Part shown: positions 49,680 to 61,822 of the stretch, one piece after another
How positions within the stretch are numbered: the first letter of the stretch is position 1
Layout of the letters: each line of letters opens with the position of its first letter
Notes under the pieces: generated by a model
What the model was told of the DNA's origin: nothing
Seen by the model: only the letters and a program-made list of their open reading frames with translations
Database searches by the model: none
Assembly: GCF_006345805.1 (NCBI RefSeq)
Contig: NC_043021.1
Location: forward strand, 20,646,001-20,710,000
DNA from: Octopus sinensis
Taxonomy: Eukaryota
DNA: 64,000 bases
Direction of reading: 5' to 3'
Made by a program: the position numbers and the translations under genes

Positions 49680-51130
49680 GTGAATGCATGCCAGGCCGCG
49701 TCTGTGACCGTGGCCGATGCTGCCAGCCTGGCATCTGTCACTGACCAGGCCGCGATGGCATGGTTGGTATCACCAGTTGGCTGAGTCCTCTCCCCTTTGC
49801 GACGCCGTGCCATCGCAACGCACTCGACCGATAGTTCCTCGCCTTCCTTCACACTCTTGTGCTCATGCTTGTTCCCAACCCAACCCGTCCTGTCTCGTCC
49901 CATTCTGTCATAACAGGGTCACACATTCATGATCATGCTCCCATGCATCATCGTGTTCCTGCTCCAACTCAGTTGTAGTAGGTGGCTAGGATCCCAAAAG
50001 ATGGTAATCCATGCCCTGTCAGAACAAAACCAGAGGAAAATCCAGTGGAAGTCTGAAGTGCCTCTGACGTGCAAATCAATCATCGGAACTGGGTGTAGCG
50101 ACACAAAAAACCCAACTCAGCTGTCTAGTAGCTGGTTTCCTCCGAAATTTCCTTCAGAGTACCTGGTGCCAGTGGAAGAACAACATGCAATTCTGTTCAG
50201 TAAAGTGAATGACTGGAGGCCCCAGGGACATTGACAGTTTTGATCTTCTCTCGTACACGGAACGTGCGAAATGGGCCGTTCCTCTCCTGATCGCAGGCAG
50301 CCGTATATCGCAACCATTGTGACGCAATGAATGCATGGTGCCAAGTGGGCCACTTTTAGTAAGCAGAACTGGTGATGGGGGATCAACCAAACGTCTGGCT
50401 AAGGTGCCCGATGCTTTGCCCATTAGATCCCTGAAAGGGTGTTGGTTGATATAGACAGCACGATGGTGACCAAAGAAGTTGGAATCTGCTCAGGAGTGTG
50501 TAACAACTTACCTGCTGAATCGACTGGCCCCAAAAATGGATGGTGCTGAAGTGAGCGACCGATACCAGACCAGCCATTTGACAGGTTGCATGATTGCCAG
50601 CGAGGTGACTTTCTGATGCCTGGTTGAGTAGGAGGGTGCTGCAGTGTGCATGGAAGCTGCAGGCACAAGCCTGGGTGAAACCAACTGTGGGTGCAGGTCT
50701 CGGTCGTAGTAGCATATATTCAAACGAGACCTTTGAAGACCAAAGTGGAGAAGGGTTCTGTGCCAACGGCAGTCGAGCACGGGTCAACTGGTCCTAAGAA
50801 GTAGACAAAAGCTTCCATGAAAGGCACCGGATCCATTGTTGTTGTTGTTATCAGTGTACGCATGCACACAAGCAGCTGGCCTCACATCAAAAGGGAATTG
50901 GGTTAATATTCCTGAACACGATCTCGGAGAGTGCCCATCCAGCTCCGGGAACGGGGTGTGCTCGTAGCAGTACATGTGGTCGAAGCCAGCAGGCAGGCAA
51001 AGCTACGGCAATGTAAGTGAGCATGGAAATGTTGCTGGGAGCCCCGGGAAGAGTTCTCTCTTCTTTCTAAAGGACCATGTCCATGGAATCGGCTCGTCCG
51101 GTGATATGGATATGGAGACAGAAACTGGTT
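49680..51130 (+). pseudogene. Decayed 28S rRNA gene fragment
   Basis: Heavily substituted matches to conserved LSU segments: ATCCCAAAAGATGGT, CTGACGTGCAAATC, TCTAGTAGCTGGTTTCCTCCGAAATTTCC, CAAGTGGGCCACTTTTAGTAAGCAGAACTGG, GAGTGTGTAACAACTTACCTG, GTGGAGAAGGGTTC, AAAGGGAATTGGGTTAATATTCC. No 18S, 5.8S or ITS nearby. Confidence 0.9.
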
Positions 51131-51939
51131 TCTTGCTGTCAACTTAAAGAAAAAAACAGTTTCTTCATCTTTTTACCTTTCACTTGTTTCAGTTACTGAG
51201 CTGTGGCCATGCTGCAACACCATCTTGAGGGGTGTGTAGAACCTTAATTACAAAAATGTCAGTCCTTCTTACTTGTTTATAACTTTCTCTCATTACAGTT
51301 TCAACTGAACTTGATCTGTCCACTGTCCAAGTCAGCCTAGAAATCCCAGAACTTCAAGTGAACCATAGTGTCTTTCACCCATCAACACCAAGTAATGCCG
51401 AAGTCACAATCACATTTGAAGGAAGGTATGCATTAACATGTCTGTCTGGATGCTTCTGTGTGTGTGTGTGAGTGTGTGTGCATGCATGCTAAGATAGATG
51501 ATACGCGACAAGCACTTCATGGTAAGGGTAAGATGTATGATTCAGTGGTCAGAGTATTTGGCTCACAATCATGAGGTAGCGAGTTCGATTCCTGGACCAG
51601 GCTGTGTTTTGCTCTTGAGAAGACACTTTATTTTCACGTTGCTCCAGTTCATTCAACTCTTGAGCAAGACACTTTATTTTCACGTTGCTCCAGTTCATTC
51701 AACTCTTGAGCAAGACACTTTATTTTCACGTTGCTCCAGTTCACTCAACTTACTTACCAATCCCCCATAACTGCTGGCCTTGTGCCAAAATTTGAAACCA
51801 TTATTATTATAATTCAGGCAGGGAGTGGGCAGAATTATTGGTACACTGGACAAAATGCTTAGTGGCAGTCCGCCTGTCTTCACGTTCTGTTTTCAAATTC
51901 AGCTGAGTTTCGCTTTGCCTTTCATCCTTTTAGAGTCGA

Positions 51940-52217
51940 CTAGCAGTATCACCCGGCGTTGCTCGGGTTTGTAAGTGAAATAACTATAAAGCATTTTTAG
52001 AGAGTTATAGCCAAAAAATAGCAAAAAAATGGAAAAAAAATTATGGTAAATTTTTTTTTGAGAGTTAAAAAGGTCAAGTTGCGTCCCCTAGACAGTCTGT
52101 GGTTTGTGTTTCTGATTCTCGACCCCATGTGGAATTTATCGATTTTTTTCAGAACTGGGGGAACTTTTCAAAATTTTCGGTGCGTTAGTTTTGAATTATG
52201 ACATTGGGCTACATGTG
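51940..52217 (-). mobile_element. Truncated non-autonomous Helitron
   Basis: CTAG 3' end with hairpin cccggcgttgctcggg. The internal part matches ~20795-20950. Confidence 0.8.
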
Positions 52218-53426
52218 TTTCGCTTTGCCTTTCATCCTTTATTACCATTACCATTACCAACAACAATTTGATCACCTACAATACATTTAGGAAGCCCCAG
52301 TGTTGTTATACAACTTACTAAAATTAACAGTTAAACTTCCCTCAAAGGATTATAACCTAGTCAGGCATGGGTCCCTATGTCTCCGGGCTTCTGAACAAAA
52401 AATAAATAGTTACATATACAGCTCAAGGCTAACAATTGTAGGTAAACTAATGGATACATACACAAAAAAAATTCAGAATAACAATAAAAGGGCCTAGCTC
52501 AAAAGTACCCCATTTGTTCACCCAAATTGGGAGTAAGGACACATTGGATAATTGAGTTGAAAGTAATCAACAATTTTGATTGGGTTTAAGAAAATAACTA
52601 ACTTTTAGATTAATTAATTGTTGTTTAGCTCTGATGGGACAGATTTAGGATTAAAACAATTTCCAATGGAGATTAACTGGTTTTCCTTCTTTTAAGGCAG
52701 TAGAGTAAGTTTTAAGGAAGATTTAGCTACTATTTCTAACAACATTAATTTGTTGGTTGTGTATCCTCAGATCAACTTCAGTTCATCATATTCAGGGATA
52801 GAGAGTCTAGGACTAAAATGTTTAGTCCACATCACTCCTTTAAGGAGCACGGGGCTGGTTTCCCAGTTTCTCTGGTGTATATTTTCCTCCCTGGATGGGA
52901 CCCTGCTCCCTTGCTAGATGACTTGTTTTTAGCAACTGAATGGCCTGGAGCAACATAAAACAAAGTGTTTTACTTATTTTTTATTTGTTTTTGTTTGTTC
53001 CTTCTCGAGCCATACCTGGCTCATAAGGGCCGGTTTCCCGGTTTCATCGGAGTATAGGTTCCCCACCTGGACGGGATGCCGGTCCATCGCAGGTGAGCCG
53101 CAAGATGCAGGAGGAAAGAGTGAGAGAAAGTTGTGGCGAAAGAGTCAGCAGAAGTTCGCCATTACCTTCTGCCAGAGCTGCATGAAGCTTAGGTGTTTCG
53201 CTCATAAACACACAGATCACCCGGTCTGAGATTTGAACCCGCGATCCCTCAACCGCGAGTCCGCTGCTCTAACCACTAGGCCATGTGCCTCCACAAAGTG
53301 TTTTACTTGAACACAATGCACCTCATAGTCCAGAAATCGAAACCACAATCCTATGACCATGAGTTCAACACCCTAACCACTAAGCCATGTGCCTCCCCAT
53401 AACGAAAATACTCTTCTGATTTTTTT

Positions 53427-54940
53427 AAAGGCGCAGGAGTGGCTGTGTGGTAAGTAGGTTGCTTACCAACCACATGGTTCCGGGTTCAGTCCCACTGCGT
53501 GGCATCTTGGGCAAGTGTCTTCTGCTATAGCCCCGGGCCGACCAATGCCTTGTGAGTGGATTTGGTAGACGGAAACTGAAAGAAGCCCGTCGTATACATG
53601 TATATATATATATGTGTGTGTGTTTGTGTGTCTGTGTTTGTCCCCCTAGCATTGCTTGACAACCGATGCTGGTGTGTTTACGTCCCCGTAACTTAGCGGT
53701 TCGGCAAAGGAGACCGATAGAATAAGTACTGGGCTTACAGAGAATAAGTCTCGGGGTTGATTTGCTCGACTAAAGGCGGTGCTCCAGCATGGCTGCAGTC
53801 AAATGACTGAAACAAGTACAAAAACAAAACAAAAAAAAACTGTTATTTGAGGGAGATTCAGCCGCTTTTTCTTCTTTCCAGTACATTCCAATAACTATGG
53901 AGAAACTCCAGTGCAGTTGGGGGAAGAGAGAACTGTGATGTCAGTCATGTTTCATTGGCTGTTGTTGTTTTAGCCTCGTCATGGTATTACAGACATGATC
54001 ATCGGTATTTCGTCCGCCCTCTGCGTTCTGAGTTCAAATTCCACCGAGGTCGACTTTGCCCTTCATCCTTTCGGGGTCGATAAATTAAGTACCAGTTACG
54101 CACTGGGGTCGATGTAATCGACTTAATTCATTTGTCTGTCCTTGTTTGTCCTTTCTGTGTTTAGCCCCTTGTGGGTAGTAAAGAAGTAGGTATTTTGTCT
54201 GCCGTTATGTTCCGAGTTCAAATTCTGCCGAGGTCGACTTTTCCCTTCATCTTTTCGGGGTCGATTAAATAAGTACCAGTTACGCACTGGGGTCGATATA
54301 ATCAACTTAATCCGTTTGTCTGTCCTTGTTCGTCCTCTCTGTGTTTAGCCCCTTGTGGGTAGTAAAGAAATAGGTATTACAGGCATGACCATCCCTCCTT
54401 ATATATGGACAATGGTGTCTTAGATGTCATCCAACGATGCCCATCTTCATCAGTGGTCATTAATGTTGGAGAATAGCTGAAAAAGTACAATCATGAATAC
54501 AAGGGGCTGAAATGGGGTCCCTCTAAAGCACTGGTTCCCAACCGGGGTCCATAACTCACTATTCATACTCTTTTACTCTTTTACTTGTTTCAGTCATTTG
54601 ACTGCGGCCATGCTGGAGCACCGCCTTTAGTCGAGCAAATCGACCCCGGGACTTATTCTTTTGTAAGCCCAGTACTTATTCTATCAGTCTCTTTTGCCAA
54701 ACCGCTAAGTGACGGGGACACAAACACACCAGCATCGGTTGTCAAGGAATGCTAGGGGGACAAACACATATATATTTATATACATATATACGACAGGCTT
54801 CTTTCAGTTTCCGTCTACCAAATCCACTCACAAGGCTTTGGTCGGCCCGGGGCTATAATAGAAGACACTTGCCCAAGGTGCCACGCAGTGGGACTGAACC
54901 TGGAACCATGTGGTTGGTAAACAAGCTACTTACCACACAA
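53427..54940. mobile_element. CORE-type SINEs (53427-53822 +, 54566-54940 -) around a Deu-type tandem
   Basis: Family motifs as above. Confidence 0.8.
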
Positions 54941-55744
54941 TAATTTTGTTTTTTGTTAGATATTTCACTTTGGAAACAATCATGCTAAGAGAAGAGGGAG
55001 AAGTGGTGGTGTTGGGTGTGTGTGTGTGTGTGTGTGTGCGTGTTTGGTGGTTGTATGTGCATGTGTGCGTGCATATGCGTGTGAGTGTACGTGTGTGAAT
55101 GTGCATGCTTGTGTGTATGCATGTGATTATGGACGGGCAGGTATGCATGCAAGTGTGTGTGTTTTCGCACATGTGTGCATGGATATGTGCCTACATGTGT
55201 GCATGCTTCTGTGTGTGTGTGCATGCACGCTCAGATAGATAATACACGACAAGCACTTCATGGTAAGGGTAAGATGTATGATTCAGTGGTCAGAGTATTT
55301 GGCTCACAATCATGAGGTTGCTCCAGTTCATTCAACTCTTGAGCAAGACACTTTATTTTCACGTTGCTCCAGTTCATTCAACTCTTGAGCAAGACACTTT
55401 ATTTTCACGTTGCTCCAGTTCACTCAACTTATTTACCAATTCCCCATAATTGCTGGCCTTGTGCCAAAATTTGAAACCATTATTATTATAATTCAGGCAG
55501 GGAGTGGGCAGAATTATTGGTACACTGGACAAAATGCTTAGTGGCAGTTCGCCTGTCTTCACGTTCTGTGTTCAAATTCAGCTGAGTTTCGCTTTGCCTT
55601 TCATCCTTTTAGACTCGATGAAAGAAGTACCTGTTGCATACTGGGCTCAGTGTATTCATCTAGCCCCTACCCCCAAATTTCAGGCTTTGTGCCTATAGCA
55701 GAAAGAATTATTGCTTTTGTGTTTTGATTATTTGTTTAAAATTC

Positions 55745-56027
55745 TGTGGGATGACGTCAGCATCTGGGGAGCTAACCGGAACTTGGGGCTGACCGGAAGA
55801 GGAAGGAGCAGGAGTGACGCGCATGCAGGCAAGGCAGCATTGTGCCCTTTCGATCGGGGTAGCCGACAGAGCTGGACATGTGAGTGTTTTGTCAAGGTAG
55901 GGGAAAATCAGCTGCTATTTCTAGCGTTCGGGTTAGGCCACGTGGGAGGGCACATTACTGCTGGAGAGGTCTGCGTCAACAAAGAGAAGGTGGGTGTCTC
56001 TATTTCAAATCTCCCGCATACACCACA
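55745..56027 (+). mobile_element. Solo LTR
   Basis: TGTGGGATGACGTCAGC...CACCACA with a 5-bp TSD AATTC. Homologous to the LTR at 61823-62082. Confidence 0.88.
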
Positions 56028-57362
56028 AATTCCTAAATAATGTTTCTTACTTTTTGTTTTTTCTCTTTCTGTTCAATTCGTCAGATGGCTTCAAGTGGAC
56101 ATCAAAATCGAGGAAAAAAATTTGATTTACAAGTTCAAAACTAAAAAGTTACCAGGAGCAATTACCATTTGTGCCTCACAGGTCAGTTTATTTTAAACAA
56201 CCGCTTGGAGCTAAATAAAGTTTCTGCTGTCTTTTTTCTGATGAGGAAATAAATATCTTGATTAGATAACTTAGATATGTTTCGACCAAAGATTGGTCCA
56301 GGCCATGTCTAACTTAATAGCACCACCTGATAGGATTATTCAAATCCTGTTTAAGCCAAGTTTTGTTTAAGTCAAGTTTTGTTCAAGTAGTGAGTTCTTG
56401 TTGGGTGAGTTGTATCCAATTATGGGTGGCTTATCTGGTATTCTTTGAAGGTATTTATGTCTTCTTTTTATTTCAGGACATTTGTTTTGGTTTTTGTCCA
56501 ACACTTGTCTACCTGTCACTGTCTACTTGCATATTACTCACTGTCCATCTGTCACCGTCTCCCTGTTTCTGCTTATCATCGACAATCTGTTACTAGCCAT
56601 CAGATCTGTATCACTGTCTATCATTACCCAGTTATTGTTTAACAGCAACTGATGAAGTGCAAAGACACAGAAATCCCGAGTCAGCGATTCCACCACCACT
56701 GCTGGAGCTTTTTCGTCTACTGACGTACTTCTGTGCTCTCTAGTCTACACAAGAAGCATTCTCAAGATGAATTCTACAGTTTTGTGGCTTTCAATACTAT
56801 ATCCACATTAGTAAAGTATACAGAAGCCTACTCTGAACAAGTATTGTCTCCATTGCTAATAACAAATAAATACTCACACACACACACACACACACAGAGG
56901 CTTGGCTGTGTGGTAAGAAGCCTGATTCTCAACTGCAGGATTCTGGGTTCCATCCCACAATGTCGCACTTTGTGCAAGTGTCGTCTACTATAGCCTCAGG
57001 CCAACTAAAATCTTGTGAGTGGATTTGGTAGATCAACTACACACTCCCCCATCCCCACCTCATTATTCTTACTCTTTCACAGTCACTCACCTAATTGTTT
57101 CCGTACGTTTATTTTCTTTCAGTACGAAAATGGCAAGATTATTCTTTTTCTCACAAAGGAAAAAGCAGAGTCCTGGGCAGCCGCCCTTGCGTCTGGGCTG
57201 GAAACAGAAAAAGCTTGAGTATTTTACAGCACTGCATCTTGGAGAAACAAGATACGTTTTAATAGAAATAACTAACCCAAACTTTGTATATCTAAATACA
57301 TATATATATTAAATTGTGCGTGTATATTGTTTCATACATATATTTATACTTTTGATTGTACT

Positions 57363-57497
57363 TTATAATCTCTGATGAGGCCTAGGGATATATATAAGTA
57401 CCTCATTTTCAACTGCCTATCACCTCAATACACTTGACTTATATAGGCACAATGAGTTACTATTATCCATAGGCTGAAACAGCTGTAAGTGATTTTA
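57363..57497 (+). ncRNA. Type I hammerhead motif HHR-F with 97-nt hairpin stem II
   Basis: CTGATGA 57372-57378; GGCCTAGGGATA/TATCCATAGGCT; GAAA 57476-57479; palindrome ACAGCTGT; GUA 57485-57487; bulged stem I. Confidence 0.75.
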
Positions 57498-57670
57498 ATA
57501 ATTTGTATTCACGTTTTTTAATAGCTACTTGTATTATTATCTTATATGCATTGAATAATATACTATATGTATGTATGTTATTATGGCTGTCGTTTTGATA
57601 AATAAATAAGTCAACATTTTAATGTCCTAAAGCTGATGAACCAACTAATGTGCTTCTCCATTTTCTTATT

Positions 57671-57746
<76 letters not shown>

Positions 57747-57843
57747 TTTATTTAAAAGCAGCAGAAATTCAACAAAACCTGTTACTCAGAGTTTCATGTT
57801 CTCGTTCGTCGGACAGTTTTGTTAAAATTTATGTGTTTACTCC

Positions 57844-57891
<48 letters not shown>

Positions 57892-58432
57892 TATATATAA
57901 CTGTCCCAAGCTTTGCACACCTATATACTTTTTTATATGCACACATACAGACAAACAGACAGACAGACACACATTCTCAGTTTTACAAAGGCAGTGAGCT
58001 GGCAGAAATGTTAGCACGCCGGGCGAAATGCTTTGCGGTATTTCGTCTGCCATTATGTTCTGAGTTCAAATTCCGCCGAGGTCGACTTTGCCTTTCATCC
58101 TTTTGGGGGGTCGATAAATTAAGTACCAGTTACGCACTGGGGTCGATGTAGTCAACTTAATACCTTTGTCTGTCCTTGTTCATCTCTTCTATGTTTAGCC
58201 CCTTGTGGGTAGTAAAGAAATAGGTATTTCGTCTGCTTTTATGTTCTGAGTTCAAATTCTGCCGAGGTCGACTTTGCCTTTCATCCTTTCGGGTCGATAA
58301 ATTATCAGTTATGCACTGGGGTCGATGTAATCGACTTAATCCGTTTGTCTGTCCTTGTTTGTCCCCTCTGTGTTTAGCCCCTTGTGGGCAATAAAGAAAT
58401 AACACATTCTCAGTTTTACATATATACATAGA

Positions 58433-58811
58433 CTAGCAGTATTGCCTGGTGTTGCTCGGGTTTGTAAGGGAAATAACTATATAAGTATTTTTAGAGAGTT
58501 ATAGCCAAAAAATGCATTAAAATGGAAAAAAAAATGATGGTAATTTTTTTTAAAAATCACTGACTCATCGTAGACATTTTTAGAGAGTTACTTCCCTTAT
58601 ATAATAGCGAAAAAATGCATTAAAATGGAAAAAAAATTATGGTAAATTTTTTTTTAAATCGTTGACGCGCGCTAATACCCAGAAGGGCTCGATATGAATT
58701 ACGACTATAAGATACCGGTTTTGGTTAAACTGCACTGCAAAATGTGGGAGTAGTTAGGAATCTAAATCGTAGGAGACAGACAGCACACAACTTCACTTTT
58801 ATATATAAAGA
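58433..58811 (-). mobile_element. Non-autonomous Helitron
   Basis: A|TC start at 58811 and CTAG end at 58433 with a subterminal hairpin. The 3' part matches 51940-52050. Confidence 0.85.
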
Positions 58812-59611
58812 TATGTATGTGTGTCTGGTGTCTTTGAATGCTGACCTTACTAAGTGTTGCTGCTGAATATTGCTGACAAATTTATGGTTTTAGCCCTTCA
58901 AATCATATCTTGTTATCTGAAGACAGTTACATACATACAATGGTATTTCTGAAAGTGTGTCAATCCTGTATATTCTTCTGTAAAACTACCCTGACAGTGT
59001 TTATTGCTTTCTTAAAACCCAGTTTTCTATTACTGATAAGAAATTTCTCTCTATTAGTCATGTGTGTGTGTCTATATATATATATATAATATATATATAT
59101 AATACAAATAAGAAAATGGAGAAACAAATTTAGCTTGTTCATCAACTTACGGATATTATAATGTTGGATTATTCATTCATTTTACAAATGAGAACATCAA
59201 AAGCCTACAAAAATATTATATAAATCAATAGATAAGATAATAATACAAATACAGATTTTAAAAGTCTTGGATAAATGATAACCCATAGTGGGTTACACCC
59301 ATAACCCCTATCTTACTTCGTACTATATATATATATATATACCAATTAAGGACTGAACACGAAAAAGTGGACAGTCAACATGCTAGATATAGACATCAAA
59401 TCGCCATTCTCCACAAAAGATTATGTTCTCAAATCAAACTCAACACAAACCCAAGCAATAAACAAGTGAAAATATACGAAAAACAATATTGTTTTTCGTA
59501 TATTTTCGTGTTCAGTCCTTAATTGGTATATATAAATATTTAATCTTCGGATTCTTTTTTAATATGCTAGACCACTGGTTTTAATTGATAAATATTGATT
59601 TCTACCCTTAA

Positions 59612-59665
<54 letters not shown>

Positions 59666-60027
59666 ATTTATATATATATATATATATATATAAAAGTTAT
59701 TTTCCCATTTATATTCATGTTTTTTATAATAATTACTGGTATCCTTATATATTACTATATTATATATCCTATATCTTATATGTAAAGAATAATATGTTAT
59801 ATGTATGTATATTATTGTAATTATCAGTTTAGTAAATAAATAAGTTAACATAATATAACGCCAAAATACAATGCCACCTATTGTTCTCCTCCATTTTCTT
59901 ATTGCTATACATATATATATATATAATATGCTACCGGATAATTGTCACATATTATATTTACAGATAAATTCCTCTACTTACATAATATTGAGGCCTCTTT
60001 CTTTCTTTTGTTATCTTATCGTTTTTT

Positions 60028-60065
<38 letters not shown>

Positions 60066-60197
60066 GGTCTCGGGTTGAGTCGGGGTTAACCACAGTAAAT
60101 AAGGTACTCAATACATAGCAGAGTAAATTAATTTATTTTATAGAAGGAGCTTCTACAGGACTAGAACTGTTTCATTCAGAAGAAATTTTTGTCACCT

Positions 60198-60248
60198 AGC
60201 TTCCTGATGATTTCTTCTGAATGAAACAGTTCTAGTCCTGTAGAAGCT
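60198..60248 (+). ncRNA. Minimal type I hammerhead motif HHR-G
   Basis: Stem I AGCTTC/GAAGCT; CTGATGA 60204-60210; short stem II TTC/GAA closed by T-T; GAAA 60223-60226; stem III ACAG/CTGT; GUA 60240-60242. Confidence 0.75.
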
Positions 60249-60489
60249 CCTTCTATAAAATAAATATATATATATATATATATCTTTTATCTTTTCCATG
60301 TTTCAGTCAAAATATCTAAAATACCTGTACTGGAAAATGAAATCAAATACATTTATTAAAACAGTTATAAGCTAATAAATTTGGGAAATGTTTTTTGTGT
60401 TACATTGTCTTTTGAGATAAGTTGCATGTATGTTGAGGCATGGCTGTGTGTGTGTGTGTGTGTATGTATGGAGATGTCTTTCTCTCTAT

Positions 60490-60908
60490 TGCTCTTTTAC
60501 TCTTTTATTTGTTTCAGTCATTTGACTGCGGCTCTGCTGGAGCACCACTTTTAGTCGAGCAAATTGACCTCAGGACTTATTCTTTGTAAGCCTAGTACTT
60601 ATTCTATCATTCTCTTTTGCCAAACCGCTAAGTTACGGGGGACGTAAACACACCAGCATCAGTTGTCAAGAGATGTTGGGGGGACAAACACAGACACACA
60701 AACATATACACACACATATACATATATATACATATACATATATACGATGGGTTTCTTTCAGTTTCCGTCTACCAAATCCACACACAAGACTTTGGTCGGC
60801 CCGGGACTATAGTAGAAGACACTTGCCCAAGGTGCCACGCAGTGGGACTGAACCCGGAACCATGTGGTTGGTAAGCAAGCTACTTACCACATAGCTACTC
60901 CTGTGCCT
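60490..60908 (-). mobile_element. CORE-type SINE (OR2-like)
   Basis: Same family as 9186-9573. Confidence 0.85.
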
Positions 60909-60971
60909 ATACTCATGTTTATTTATATCTATATCTGTATCTATCTATCTATCTATCTATCTATCTAACTA

Positions 60972-61016
<45 letters not shown>

Positions 61017-61822
61017 TTTATCTTTTACATGATTCTATCATAGTAACTTAAAAACCTACACAGAAATGGCAAAGGAAATAAAATACATTTATTAAAACAG
61101 TTATCTCTCTATATATAAAACTGAGAATGTGTGTCTGTCTGTCTGTGTGTTTCCCTAAAACTTGAGAACTACACGACCAATTTCATTCAAATTTTACACA
61201 TGCCTTACTTAACTTTTTCCCTAGGGCGACCCCACAGCAATATCATATCTTCTCCACTATTTCAGTATTACGTGTTAAAAGTGAAACAAAAACATCTCTC
61301 TTTTGTAATGCAGACACTTTCATTTTAATACTGAAACTATTAAAGTGAAAGTATTATATAACAGGGATCAACCATTAACAATGGTCATCCATTTTGCTAG
61401 AAGAAGATCCGCTATGGTCTTATATGCTACACCACTGGTTTTCAATTCATATTAATCAAATTAATATTCAATTTTTCACCCTTATTATGTGTGTGTGTGT
61501 GTGTATTAGCAATTCGTATTAAATTGCATCAATGACTTGAACTTGAATAAGTGGTTTCACATAAATGGGGATAAATTAAAAAGGTCTGTTGTTATTATTA
61601 TTACTGTTTGACTATTGTAATCACGTTTGTTGGTTCCTTGTCAGGGAAACATTGCTTTGACAATTGTATCTGTAGAAATTTATTTAATGCAGTCATAACA
61701 GATTACATCATTTATAAATCTCTCCACCATCAGTCATTATTTAAATTTAGTCAACCATGACATGGCTTACTAATTTCAACTGGTTGACTAAGTTTGAATA
61801 ACATCTGATGAGGTCAGGCACT

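Noticed and set aside
51536-51605. tRNA-like sequences here and at other SINE heads
   Set aside because: They continue directly into SINE bodies and lack a complete cloverleaf, so they are not tRNA genes.
56262-56312. Minus-strand GACCAA-TCT-TTGGTC-GAAACATATCTA
   Set aside because: Stem II and GAAAC are present but there is no CUGANGA core or NUH site. At most a dead relic.
56640-56695. CTGATGA-AGTG...CACA-GAAA-TCCCGAGTC
   Set aside because: Stem I does not pair and stem III is broken.
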